Shown here: in pieces, positions 26,840 to 41,390 of the stretch
Position numbering within the stretch: position 1 is the first letter of the stretch
How the letters are laid out: each line of letters starts with the position of its first letter
Assembly: GCA_964016885.1 (NCBI GenBank)
Contig: OZ024748.1
Span: 19,592,001-19,656,000 of the forward strand
Direction: 5' to 3'
Origin: Eledone cirrhosa
Lineage: Eukaryota
DNA: 64,000 bases
Position numbers and translations under genes: made by a program
Notes under the pieces: model-generated
The model's database searches: none
Seen by the model: the letters and a program-made list of their open reading frames with translations, nothing else
Told to the model about the DNA's origin: nothing

Positions 26840-27208
26840 TATAAATTAATATGTATGTGATGAAACACAGATACCAACACATCTGTATATATATTGCGAA
26901 AGATTTGTCTCTGGATGTTTACTGAGGAGAGCGGGACTTGATATCCCTACACTTATTTAACTCGAAACATATTTGGATCTTAAAGTCTAAACTTATCTAC
27001 GGAACAGGTTTGATTTTGAATTTAAATGTGTCTAAACATCACGGCCTTTTGCCAATACAGTTTGTCTCCGTTGATTTATTATTTTAAATCGATATGGACA
27101 AACTGTAGTATAATAATTAGTATACTTCAATCTGGCTAAATTTTTCTTTCGCAATATATATACAGATGTGATGGTATCTGTGTTTCATCACAAACATATT
27201 AATTTATA
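26840..27208 (+). mobile_element. ~370-bp fold-back element with ~64-bp inverted arms enclosing a hammerhead ribozyme
   Basis: 26840-26903 is the near-perfect reverse complement of 27145-27208; ends in (TA)n. Confidence 0.85.
26914..27040 (+). ncRNA. Type I hammerhead ribozyme with apparently intact core
   Basis: Stem I GATGTTTA(26914-21)/TAAACATC(27033-40); CTGAGGA 26922-28; stem II GAG..CTC; GAAA 26964-67; long stem III ACATATTT..AAATGTGT; GUC 27030-32. Confidence 0.8.
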
Positions 27209-27220
27209 TATATATATATA

Positions 27221-27429
27221 TAGGAAAAGAGTCGGGACCCCGACGCCTGAGCTTTGGCCGTTTCCCGCTGTTCTAATACTGGTGTCTTAGTTCGGATCTA
27301 ACTGTCGAAACGGCCGAAGCTCAGCCGTCGGGGTCCTGACTCTTTTCTTATTACCCACTATACTACCCTAAGTATCGAGTAGTCTGGTGCGTTATAGTGC
27401 ATCTGATATCCTACCACACCCCCCCTTTG

Positions 27430-27432
<3 letters not shown>
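27221..27432 (+). mobile_element. Palindrome+tail element (family P) in (TA)n
   Basis: TAGGAAAAGAGTC.GGACCCCGACG..CGTCGGGGTCCTGACTCTTTTC plus the conserved tail. Confidence 0.85.
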
Positions 27433-27471
<39 letters not shown>

Positions 27472-27499
27472 TATATATATATCCATATCTCCATAAGCA

Positions 27500-27583
27500 G
27501 AGAGTGTGAGAGACAGAAAGAAAGAGAAGAAGAGAGAGAGAACGAGAGATAGAGAGAGAGAGATAGATAGAGAGAGAGAGAGT

Positions 27584-27617
<34 letters not shown>

Positions 27618-27627
27618 AAGAGAGAGA

Positions 27628-27713
<86 letters not shown>

Positions 27714-27761
27714 TGAGAAGAGAGAGAGAAAGAGAAAGCGAGAGAGAGAGAGAGAGGGAGA

Positions 27762-27819
<58 letters not shown>

Positions 27820-27840
27820 GAGAGAGAAGAGAGAGGAGAG
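27500..27840. repeat. (GA)n microsatellite
   Basis: Direct inspection. Confidence 0.95.
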
Positions 27841-28309
27841 GTACAAATAGTAAGAATGTTTTAACGATTAAGTATAGCTGAGTGTGGATAGCTTGTAAAC
27901 ATCTAAACAACTGTAAAATTTTGACATTTTCATTTTAAATCTCAAAACAAAAAAGAAATGAGAAGCGTAAGAGCGTTAGTATAGAAACAAGATAGAAACA
28001 AACCCATGACAACAATACCAACAACAAAAACAAAAAGAACAGAACACTACAGACAAAATGACAAAACAATGATAACAATGAGATAAACTAAGCAGTGACA
28101 GTAGGAGGCACGTGACTTTGGAACCTCGAATTGTTGTCTGCCATATTTATTTTTTGTTTATATATTTTCCAATCTCTTTTTTATTTATTTATTTTATTTT
28201 TATTTTTTTTTAATTTGGTTGTTTCGGTTGAAACATCTGTCTGACATAAAACATCAAACAACAAAACAACAATCAATCTCTCTCTCTCCCTCTCCCTCTC
28301 TTTATCTCT

Positions 28310-29150
<841 letters not shown>

Positions 29151-29258
29151 ATGCATTTGTCAAATTTCTTTGTAGATATTAGTGCTTTGTTGTAAAATAG
29201 ATATCAACTTTGTTGTTTAGGGCATGCCACAGAGTCAACGAATGTCATCCAACGTCAC

Positions 29259-29340
<82 letters not shown>

Positions 29341-29386
29341 GTATGGTTTTAAACAGTGAGCAGCTTTGAAATTAGAAAATAGAATA

Positions 29387-29549
29387 GCTTTCACCGTATT
29401 TTTTGATTAAAGAAATGGGGTTTAGGACCCTCAGATAAGTGGAAAAAGATGAGTATTGACGTACATGTACGTGAATACTCAATACTCATCTTTTTCCATT
29501 ATATTTATCAGGCTAAAATTTCTTTAGTCAAAAAATACGGTGAAAGCTC
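29387..29549. mobile_element. ~165-bp fold-back element
   Basis: AGCTTTCACCGTATTTTTTGA.TAAAGAAAT and TGGAAAAAGATGAGTATTGA each pair with downstream reverse complements. Confidence 0.8.
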
Positions 29550-29561
29550 TCTATATATATA

Positions 29562-29810
29562 AAAGTGACACAGAGGAGACTGAGGTTAGCTGGACATGCT
29601 CACCGACATCCAGAGTTGACATTGTACTCAGTGCTCCTGTGGGAGCCCCTACATGGACTCACTAGAAGGGGAAGACCAAGGTTAACGTATGTTGATGCCC
29701 TAAGGACAGACACTGGTCTGTTGGAGACGCAGGACATGGCAGCGATTATGAGGGACAGAGACCGCTGGAGAGAACTAGTCCATGGATCTCGGGAATTTTA
29801 CCCGCCTTAG
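29562..29810 (+). mobile_element. RTE-clade 3' fragment in (TA)n
   Basis: [46 protein letters not shown]; stop runs straight into (TA)n. Confidence 0.85.
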
Positions 29811-29913
<103 letters not shown>

Positions 29914-29958
29914 TTTATATATATATATTTATATATATATGTATATATACATACATAC

Positions 29959-30085
<127 letters not shown>

Positions 30086-30148
30086 TTTATATATATATAC
30101 ATATATATATATATGCATGCATACATATATATATGTATATATATATAA

Positions 30149-30270
<122 letters not shown>

Positions 30271-30745
30271 CTCTGTGTGTGTGTATACATGTGTATATAT
30301 GTGTATGTATAGATATATAAACAGACACATGCATAAGGGGCCGCTTTATTTTTTATTTTCAGTGCTACGATTTTTTTCTCATAGAGAAAGGGGTTGGTTT
30401 TCTAAGTGAAAAACCAAAGCTTTTTCAGAGGAATTTAGACATCATCAACTGTTAAGTATATAGAGTTACATACTTAACTAAAAGCACCACCACCAACAGC
30501 TATTATCACAACTACTCTTTTGTAAGCAAGAGAAAACCACCAGCCCTTAAAATACCCCTGTTACCCGAAATTCATTTACATTTTTTGAACATACAATAGC
30601 GATTAGATACATATATATTACGCAGACATAAGCGCACGCGAACTCACCCACCCATATAGATACATACAACATACATACAAGTATACAAACACACCACCAC
30701 ATAAGCCCCCCCCACACACACACACACACAAACACACTATTATTA

Positions 30746-30823
<78 letters not shown>

Positions 30824-30828
30824 TATAT

Positions 30829-31252
<424 letters not shown>

Positions 31253-31257
31253 AATAT

Positions 31258-31355
<98 letters not shown>

Positions 31356-31356
31356 G

Positions 31357-31412
<56 letters not shown>

Positions 31413-31529
31413 TACATATATATATATATACATATATATATATTATATATATATAAATTAAAATAACAGATTTTATATACTTATCCTTATCGAGCCCTCT
31501 TTGGATTTCAGTCTTCAAACTTATTATTA

Positions 31530-31585
<56 letters not shown>

Positions 31586-32252
31586 GAGAGAGAGAGAGAG
31601 AGAAAGAGAGAGGGGGAGAGGGAGAGAGAGAGAGAGAGGGAGAGAGAGAGGGAGACAGAGAGAGAGAGATTCTGTGGTGCTGAGACCGAGGCGACCACTA
31701 ATCATGGGAGTACTCAATGCATGGGGAGATGCAGAGTAGGTATAGAGAGAGGTATAATCCCGACTGCGACACCAAGTCGTTTCGGCCTGTGTGTTCAGCA
31801 AGTAAAATCAGGTGTATACTTCAAAAAGGCTTGCTGTACACTCAATCCATTATTTCTGCCTTGTTTGTTTTAACGAAAGTCCTCGCGGATTTTTTCTTTG
31901 AGATTAGATTCGGGATTTATTTAGTGATGATGTAATGTAAGTAATATTTTTGTATTTTCTGATTACATTTCTACCTCTTATTTGTGTTATATTATATAAT
32001 TATATTGTTTTCTGTAATATTCTCGTATAAGTGAGATCTGGAACGGGTTTCTTTGAATTTATACATAAACCTAATCGAGATTTCTTGTCTAATGACCCAG
32101 TGAGAAGCAAGCAAAACTCTAGAGTAGCAAGACTCATAATTTAGCCTATATATATATTTATTATTAAAATAACAGATCAAAGTTTAAGCAAAGAATCGCT
32201 CCTGTCTGTATGTATATATATATATAAATATAAATATAAATATATATATGTA

Positions 32253-32548
<296 letters not shown>

Positions 32549-32549
32549 T

Positions 32550-32668
32550 GGAGGCGCGTGGCTGAGTGGTTAGAGAACTGGATTCACAATCGGGAGGTTG
32601 TCAGTTCGATTCCCGAACCGGGCGATGCGTTATGTCCTTGAGCAAGACACTTTATTTCACGTTGCTCC
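32550..32668 (+). mobile_element. SINE family B
   Basis: GGAGGCGCGTGGCTGAGTGGTTAGA..AGTTCGATTCCC..GTCCTTGAGCAAGACACTTTATTTCACGTTGCTCC. Confidence 0.8.
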
Positions 32669-32991
32669 TTCTACCTGGAGTTGCGACCGATAGATAGTAT
32701 TAGCAATTGGAAAGGCCAATGGAAACATTGTTTCCTCGGTCCGATTTGACGCAAGTCGATCGACTGTCGATATATGTGTGTGTGAGTGTGAGTGTGTGTG
32801 TGTGCATTTATATGTATTATTTATTTATTTATTCAATTTAAACGTCCGTATAGAGCTAGTTAGCCTCGGCAGACTCTGGGTAGTTACAGTTGGTCATCAA
32901 AAAGAAGCTAGTAAGACAAGTAAAAAACAGGGTGAAAAAATGAAGTAACAACAATAACATTTCAAATATTGAAGTCCAAAGGAGTGTAGAT

Positions 32992-33081
<90 letters not shown>

Positions 33082-33550
33082 ATCAAAAGATGGTTAAAAG
33101 AGTTCCATGTATTTTATTATGCGCATTTCAAAAACAAATATCATCATGCAATAACATTTGTATTTTCATCAGATAAAATAGGAAGACATGATATGAAGGT
33201 TAAAAAACACTTGTGGATAGTGCAGTTTTAAATCAACATATGAAAAGTAGTTTTAGATTGATGTGTGATATTGGGGAAAAAAAAAATTTTGTTGTGGGGG
33301 AGGGGGGGAGGTTGGAAAGGATGAAAAAGAGGAAGAGATGAGAGTAAAAAGTGGAGGGGGAGGAGTATAATGAGGAAGGATGAGATAGGAGGAGAGATGG
33401 GTGATAGAGATAGAGAGATAGCTTTTATAACTGAGAAAAATATATTGTTTTACATAGAGAGGTTGAAAACCGTTGGAAGATAATGTATAAATTAAAAGAA
33501 TTTGAAAATTAACGAAGAGAAAAATAATGTAAAGTTAAGGTTTGTATATT

Positions 33551-33720
33551 GAGGGGTTTGATAATATGTGCGATGAAAAGAAATTGTTAATATGTATTAA
33601 GAATAATATTTAAGGGTTTAATAATATGTGCGATGGAAAGAAAATGTTAATATGTATTAAGAATAATATTTAAGGGTTTAATAATATGTGCGATGGAAAG
33701 AAAATGTTGATATGTATTAT
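33551..33720 (+). repeat. 60-bp tandem repeat, ~3 copies
   Basis: 33601-33660 is almost identical to 33661-33720. Confidence 0.85.
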
Positions 33721-34218
33721 TAAAAATAGCAAAGGTAATGTAAGTAAGGATATATTGTGAAAAAAGTAGAAGATAGGATGAAATAGTTAGATGAGCATGA
33801 AAAGTGAGAAAAAAATAATGAATTGAGGATGAATAATCTAACGTCAAAAAAATGTTTATGTTTATGTTTACGAAGGATTTTTTCAAGGTGATATAAAGTA
33901 AGAATATATTGTATTGTGTAATAATTGTTTCTATGTTAGGCACAGTGAGAAAAGGTACAGATTAGGGGTTAGAAATTAAAAGAAAAAGAAAAGAAAAGGA
34001 AAAGGAAGAGAGGGAAGTGATAAATAGGAGTGATATAGAATGAGTAACAAGTATTATATAATGTATAATAAATAACTTTGAAATAAGGTAGAAAGATGGG
34101 TATATTTTTAAAGAAGTATATATATATGTGCCTTTTACTGTAGGTTCACCCAGGTGAGCACTCGGTGTTTAGATTCACGTGAATATCGAGGTGTAGAACT
34201 AGACAGAGTGTAAATAAT

Positions 34219-34589
34219 ATAATTGTTTCTACTTTAGGCACAAGGCCAGCAATTATCCCAGTGCATTACTGGTACTTTATTTTATCGACCCCGTAAGGAT
34301 GAAAGGCAAAGTCAACCTCGGCGGGATTTGAACTCAGATCGTAAAGGGACGTAACTATGCTGGAAAGCATGGCGTCCGACCCTCTACCGATACTGCCAAT
34401 CCACCGCCCTATCAATTGTTTCTACTTTAGGCACAAGGTCAGCAAATACCCAGTGCATTACTGGTACTTTATTTCATCGACCCCGTAAGGATGAAAGGCA
34501 AAGTTAACCTCGGCGGGATTTGAACTCAAAATGGCAAGGGCCGTAACTCTATGTGTCAAAGCATGGCGTCCGACCCTTACCGATACTGC
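34219..34589 (-). mobile_element. Two tandem SINE family A copies
   Basis: Reverse complement of the family A sequence, twice. Confidence 0.88.
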
Positions 34590-34612
34590 TTCGGTGTAAA
34601 TATAATACAAAA

Positions 34613-34812
34613 ACGATTTGTTAAGACTTCATTACGTTTATTGATTGGTGATGCGCGTTTTGCTATTGATCATTCTGTCGTTACAACAGCAGAGGTTCGA
34701 TGAGCTTTTGATTCCAGAGTGGGGCCAGATCGATACAGATCGAACCTTGAAATGATCAATAGCGAAACGCGCGTCACCAATAAATAAACGTAATGAAGGC
34801 ATAACAAATCGT
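34613..34812 (+). mobile_element. Fold-back element with hammerhead 3' half
   Basis: ~62-bp arms 34613-34674 / 34751-34812; GAAACGCGCGTC at 34764-34775 followed by AATAAA. Confidence 0.8.
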
Positions 34813-34867
34813 CCTAGCGTGGAAGATGGACGTTAAACGAAGGTGATGATGATGATGATGATGATGA

Positions 34868-34985
<118 letters not shown>

Positions 34986-35619
34986 GTACACAGTTCTTCG
35001 GATATATGTGTATGCATACATTGGTGCCTTTATACAGGTGTACACATGTCCGCAATCTCTTTTACGTGATTAAATATTACAGAAAATTTGCTTAGGTTTG
35101 CTCAATTGAGTGAAGTATGGGTCAGTGTGTCCGTATAGGTGGACAGTAAAACACAGTGATATTGTTTGTCTGTATGTGTTATTTGTGTGTGTGTCGTTTT
35201 GTGTGCACGTGTGTATGTGTTTGTGTTTTCATGTATGTATGTGTATGTATATATATGTGTTTGTGTGTGTGTATGTATGTGTGTATATATGTCTGTGTAT
35301 GTCTGTATGTATATGTATGTATATATGTGTAAATGCGTTTTTGAGTGTATATGTGCATATATCTGTGTATGTCAGTGTATTTATATGTATGTATATGTAT
35401 GTATATATGTGCGTTTGTATGTGTGTGTATATGTGTGTAGATGCCTGTGTATGAATGTGTATATGTGTGTGTTTTTGTGTATGTGTGTGTACTGTTCGCA
35501 TACAAACATAATTCTAAGGTTTTCCCATATCGATAATCCCATATTATATTGAATATTGATCACATATTTCCCTGACACAGATCCTTTTGAACATATCTGT
35601 ATGGGACCATCCTAAATCC

Positions 35620-35728
35620 AAACAACGACAACAACAACAACGAAAAGAACTTCAGCAACAACAACAACAATTACAAGAAGAAGAAGAAGAAGAAGAAGAA
35701 GAAGAAGAAGAAGAAGAAGAAGAAGAAG

Positions 35729-35772
<44 letters not shown>

Positions 35773-36218
35773 AAACAACTGCCGAAACAACATCAAGGAA
35801 AAGAACTTCAGCAACAACAACGACAACAACAACGTCAGCAACAAAAACAACAGCAACAACAAAGAGAACCACAACAACAACAACGAAAAGAACTCCAGCT
35901 ACAACAACTTCGGTAATAAAAACAACAACAACGACAAAAACAACAACAAAAACAACTGCCGAAACAACATCAAGGAAAAGAACTTCAGCAACAACAACGA
36001 CAACAACAACGTCAGCAACAAAAACAACAGCAGCAAAGCAACAAGGTGAACTACAACAACAACAACGAAAAGAACTCCAGCTACAACAACTTCGGTAATA
36101 AAAACAACAACGACAAAAACAATAAAAAACAACAATAATAAGAACAACAACAAATGCAATCGTAAAAACACCAAGAAAATGAGCAACAACAACAACAATA
36201 ACAACAATAACAACAATA
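35620..36218. repeat. Degenerate (CAA)n/(GAA)n tract with ~170-bp internal duplication
   Basis: AAAACAACTGCCGAAACAACATCAAGGAAAAGAACTTCAGC occurs at ~35770 and ~35948. Confidence 0.85.
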
Positions 36219-36388
36219 ACTGGCACAAGGCCAGCAACTACCCAGTGCCTCACTGGTACTTTATTTTATCGACCCCGTAAGGATGAAAGGCAAAGTCAAC
36301 CTCGGCGGGATTTGAACTCAGATCGTAAAGGGACGTAACTATGCTAGAAAGCATGGCGTCCGACCCTCTACCGATACTACCAATCCAC
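36219..36388 (-). mobile_element. SINE family A
   Basis: Reverse complement match to family A. Confidence 0.85.
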
Positions 36389-36762
36389 AACAATAACAAC
36401 AATAACAACAGGACAACAACTTTAGCAATGTCAATAATACCAACAAAATGGACAACAGCAACGACATCAATTTCAACAATAAAAACAACACCAACAACAA
36501 CAAGCTCAGCAACAACAACAACAACAGCAACAGCAACAACAGTTTTCAGTTGTACTAAACACAGTAGACATTAAAACACGTCTTAGCAAGATATCTCTCA
36601 ATCGTAAGATGAATATATGCATGGTGTGCATGGTCCCGTAACTTCCGAGGAAATGCTTGGGGCGCCATATTGACATATGACGTTTCTAGGGCATATTTAA
36701 ACCTGGCAGAGCCCAATCCTCTCCAGGTTTAAAAATGCCCTAGACACGGGGTCTGCATTATA

Positions 36763-36933
36763 CCGTATTTCCCGGAGTCGAAGACGCTACTTTTTTCCTA
36801 AAATAAGACTTAAAAATCTACCATGCATCCTGGTGGCCGAAAGTTGTTTATTATTTTTGTTTTTCAAGTTTTTGGTTGTCAAAATTAGGGTGCGTCCTCG
36901 AGGACGAAGCGTCTTCGGCGCCGGGAAATACGG
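36763..36933. mobile_element. Tc1/mariner (pogo/Tc2-like) MITE, 171 bp
   Basis: TA|CCGTATTTCCCGG.G.CGAAGACGC ... GCGTCTTCGGCGCCGGGAAATACGG|TA; TA target duplication. Confidence 0.85.
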
Positions 36934-36964
36934 TAGCAGATTTTTTTCCAGAGAAGGATGAAGT

Positions 36965-37018
<54 letters not shown>

Positions 37019-37051
37019 AGTGAGAAAAATATATAGAGAAAAAATTAACTC

Positions 37052-37430
37052 CCTACTCCACTGGTACTTTTTTATCGACCTTGAATGGATAAAAGGCAAA
37101 GTTGACTTCGGTGGGATTTGAACTCAGAGAGTAAAATGCCGGAACGAATACCGCCAAGCATTCTATCCGACGTTCTAAAGACTCTGATAACGAGACCTGG
37201 CACTGTATGAATATTACGACATCTACACTGTATGAAAGTTATGTGAAATGATCATTGTTATAGCAGTATCGGTAGAGGGTTGGATGCCATGTTTGCAGCA
37301 TAGAGTTACGGCCCTTTATGGTCTGAGTTCAAATCCCGCCGAGGTTAACTTTGCCTTTCATCCTTATGTGGTCGATTAAATAAAGTACCAGTCACGTACT
37401 GGGGTCGACTTTCCTCTCCACCAAAATTGC
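37052..37430. mobile_element. Two SINE family A-related copies (37052-37190 minus; 37262-37430 plus)
   Basis: B-box and central domain matches. Confidence 0.75.
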
Positions 37431-38020
37431 TATAAGAAACATATGATACTTTTGTTATCAGGCATTGCTTGCTTATCCCTTTTTGATACCAATTCGCCTA
37501 AAGCGGCCTCTAGTTTTCTGGAATTAAAGCAGCCTTTTTAAAAATACTGGAGCGCAGACAGCTGGAAGAAATACAGCAAATCATTTTATCCGGCGTTCTA
37601 AAGATTTTGATAATTCGCCGACATTGAATTAATTAATAATTTCAGTAAAATCAACCATATTCTTCATTAATTAATTCAAATGCAATTTATCCCATTAGAA
37701 ATTATGGTTAATTAATCACGAAAGGGTTGATTAATCATAAACGCAATTAAAAGCCCCCCCCCCCCCATCAGCTTGGGAATAATGTTATAGGAAGTATAAT
37801 TCTTCCAGTGTCACAGAGATTAATCATTTGTTTCAACATTGAACAGTATATGTCCAAAGATACAGATTAAAATAATGTTGTTGATCCGGACATTCTTAGG
37901 AACAGATTTAGAGATATTTTGAAGAGTTGGTGTGTTTGTATTCATTCGTTGAATTATCAACAGCCTTCCTGGTGTTCGTTAAGAATTCATATCTCTTAAT
38001 AAATGTTATTATTGGTGAAG

Positions 38021-38832
38021 TGGTAGTATCGGTAGAGGGTCGGACGCCATGCTTTCCAGCATAGAATTGCGCCCCTTTATGGTCTGAGTTCAAATCCCGC
38101 CGAGGTTAACTTTGCCTTTCATCCTTACGGGGTCGATAAAATAAAGTACCAGTAATGCACTGAGATAATTGCTGGCCTTGTGCCAATAGTAGAAACAATT
38201 ATTATTATAAACGGTGGATTGACAGTATCGGTAGAGCATCGGACAACATGCTTTATGGCATATAGTTACGTCCCTTTACATTATGAGTTCATACCCCACC
38301 GAGTTTAGCTTTGCCTTTCATCCTTACGGGGTCAATAAAATAAAGAACCAGTAACGAACTGGGGTCGATTTAATCGACTTTCCCCTCCCCTTCATATTGA
38401 TGGCCTTGTGCCTAAAGTAGAAGCAATTATTATTATTATTAGGGTCGGACACCATGCTTTGACGCATAGAGTTACGGCCTTTGCCATTCTGAGTTCAAAT
38501 CCTGCCGAGGTTAACTTTGCCTTTCATCCTTACGGGGTCGATAAAATAAAGTACCAGTAATATACTGGTTAATTGCTGGCCTTGTGCCAGCATTTAAAAG
38601 TAGAAATAATAATTATTATTGTTCTTATACGGCGGTGTATTGGCAGTATCGGTAGAGGGTTGGACGCCATGCTTTGCAGCATAGAGAGAGTTACGGCCCT
38701 CTATGATCTGAGTTCAAATCCCGCCGAGGTTAACTTTACCTTTCATCCTTACGGGGTCGATAAAATAAAGTACCAGTAATGAACTGAGATAAATGCTGGC
38801 CTTGTGCCTAAAGTAGAAACAATTATTATTAT
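38021..38832 (+). mobile_element. Head-to-tail array of four SINE family A copies
   Basis: Four GAGTTCA..CATCCTTACGGGGTC..GGCCTTGTGCC units separated by ATT-rich tails. Confidence 0.9.
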
Positions 38833-39511
38833 TATCGTTGTTGTTATTATTGTGCTTTGGTTGTTTATAGAATTATTCTCTCTTTCTGTAATCCTAATGA
38901 TAAAAATATAACTATAATACAAATAAAATCCTGTATTTTTCACGAGAGCTGCTACAGATTTGTCACTGTAAAACTATCACGATGCTTCATCTCTCTGAAT
39001 TGATGACGTGTTTTCTCATTGTATCGTTGTAGAAGAAGGAGCTATTTTGTCTGATCTAAAATAGTGATATAGATAAGAAATTAGCCCCAGTTGAGGCAGA
39101 ACGTTCAAGGGAAGAAGGAGATTGGAGATATAAAATGTAATCTAATGATCCAGGTTTTCAGTGAAGGTGCCAGAAGCGAATATATATATTGATTTCTTAA
39201 TTTAAGCACAACGCCAGCAAATTTAAGGGAAAGGCAAAGTTGATTAAATCAATCCACGATAGTTGACGGGTACTTTATTTTACAGACCCCGGTTCTACCA
39301 AGATAACTATTCATACGTCAGAATAACATTTTTTTTTTCCATTCTATCAGTGGCTTGCATTCAAGACTTTTCTCGTCTCATCGGCGTAACGATAATAGAA
39401 ATTGTTGTTCTTGTGTTTACTGCATCAACTTTTGCCAGTCTCCAGTAAACCATTCAGCACTCACACACACACACACACACACTCTCTCTCTCTATCTCTC
39501 TCTCTCTCTCT

Positions 39512-39684
39512 CTGTGGGAGCCCCTACATGGACACACTAGAAGAGGAAGACCAAGGTTAACATATGTTGATGCACTAAGGACAGACACTGGTCTGTTGGA
39601 GGACGCAGGACATGGCAGCGATAATGAGGGACAGAGACCGCTGGAGAGAACTCGTCCATGGATCTCGGGAATTTTACCCGCCTT

Positions 39685-39686
<2 letters not shown>
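39512..39686 (+). mobile_element. Second copy of the 29562-29810 RTE 3' end
   Basis: Near-identical to 29636-29810 with small indels; (TA)n tail. Confidence 0.85.
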
Positions 39687-39781
<95 letters not shown>

Positions 39782-39840
39782 CATACATATATATATGTAT
39801 ATATATATAAATACACACACACACACACACAATACACACA

Positions 39841-39890
39841 GAAATAGCCGTCGAAACGGCTTGAGCTCTGCCGTCGGGGTCATACTTTTT

Positions 39891-39894
<4 letters not shown>
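39841..39894 (+). mobile_element. Partial family P element
   Basis: GTCGAAACGGCTTGAGCTCTGCCGTCGGGGTCATACTTTTTCCTA then (TA)n. Confidence 0.75.
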
Positions 39895-39929
<35 letters not shown>

Positions 39930-40060
39930 TTTAACTTTAATTATATCTCATAAAATAATACAACTGGCTTTTCCACATAATACATATTGTTAGCACCCCA
40001 AACACTTAAATTGGGTTTATATTAAAATATAACCTAATGTTTGTTGAGTGAGATGGTTAC

Positions 40061-40260
40061 NNNNNNNNNNNNNNNNNNNNNNNNNNNNNNNNNNNNNNNN
40101 NNNNNNNNNNNNNNNNNNNNNNNNNNNNNNNNNNNNNNNNNNNNNNNNNNNNNNNNNNNNNNNNNNNNNNNNNNNNNNNNNNNNNNNNNNNNNNNNNNNN
40201 NNNNNNNNNNNNNNNNNNNNNNNNNNNNNNNNNNNNNNNNNNNNNNNNNNNNNNNNNNNN
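40061..40260. other. Assembly gap (200 N)
   Basis: N run. Confidence 1.
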
Positions 40261-41390
40261 TAGTACAGCTATAGAGTGGATACAGGGAGAGTTCTCAATA
40301 GTACAGCTATAGAGGGACTACAGGGAGAGTTCTCAATAGTACAGCTATAGAGTGGCTACAGGGAGAATTCTCAATAGTGCAGCCAGAGAGGAGTTAGAGG
40401 GAGAGTTCTCAATAGTACAGCTATAGAGGGACTACAGGGAGAGTTCTCAATAGTACAGCTATAGAGTGGCTACAGGGAGAGTTCTCAATAGTGCAGCCAG
40501 AGAGGAGTTAGAGGGAGAGTTCTCAATAGTACAGCTATAGAGGGGCTACAGGGAGAGTTCTCAATAGTACAGCTATAGAGGAGCTACAGGGAGAATTCTC
40601 AATAGTGCAGCCAGAGAGGAGTTAGAGGGAGAGTTCTCAATAGTACAGCTATAGAGGGGCTACAGGGAGAGTTCTCAATAGTACAGCTATAGAGGAGCTA
40701 CAGGGAGAGTTCTCAATAGTACAGCTATAGAGTGGCTACAGGGAGAATTCTCAATAGTGCAGCCAGAGAGGAGTTAGAGGGAGAGTTCTCAATAGTACAG
40801 CTATAGAGGGGCTACAGGGAGAGTTCTCAATAGTACAGCTATAGAGGAGCTACAGGGAGAGTTCTCAATAGTACAGCTATAGAGTGGCTACAGGGAGAGT
40901 TCTCAATAGTAAAGCTATAGAGGGGCTACAGGGAGAGTTCTCAATAGTAAAGCTATAGAGGGGCTACAGGGAGAGTTCTCAATAGTACAGCTATAGAGTG
41001 GCTACAGGGAGTGTTCTCAATAGTAAAGCTATAGAGTGGCTACAGGGAGAGTTCTCAATAGTAAAGCTATAGAGGGGCTACAGTGAGAGTTCTCAATAGT
41101 AAAGCTATAGAGGGGCTACAGGGAGAGTTATCAATAGTACAGCTATAGAGTGGCTACAGGGAGAGTTCTCAATAGTACAGCTATAGAGTGGCTACAGGGA
41201 GAATTCTCAATAGTGCAGCCAGAGAGGAGTTAGAGGGAGAGTTCTCAACAGTACAGCTATAGAGTGGCTACAGGGAGAATTCTCAATAGTACAGCTATAG
41301 AGGTGCTACAGGGAGAGTTCTCAATAGTACAGCTATAGAGGTGCTAGAGGAAGAGTTCTCAATACTACAGCTGTAGAGGAGCTACAGAGA
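40261..41390 (+). repeat. 38-bp minisatellite, ~30 copies, truncated by the gap
   Basis: Unit TAGTACAGCTATAGAGTGGCTACAGGGAGAGTTCTCAA; recurring variant TAGTGCAGCCAGAGAGGAGTTAGAGGG. Confidence 0.95.

Noticed and set aside
35587-35916. Poly-Q/E protein
   Set aside because: (CAA)n/(GAA)n repeat with a local duplication; no splice or homology evidence
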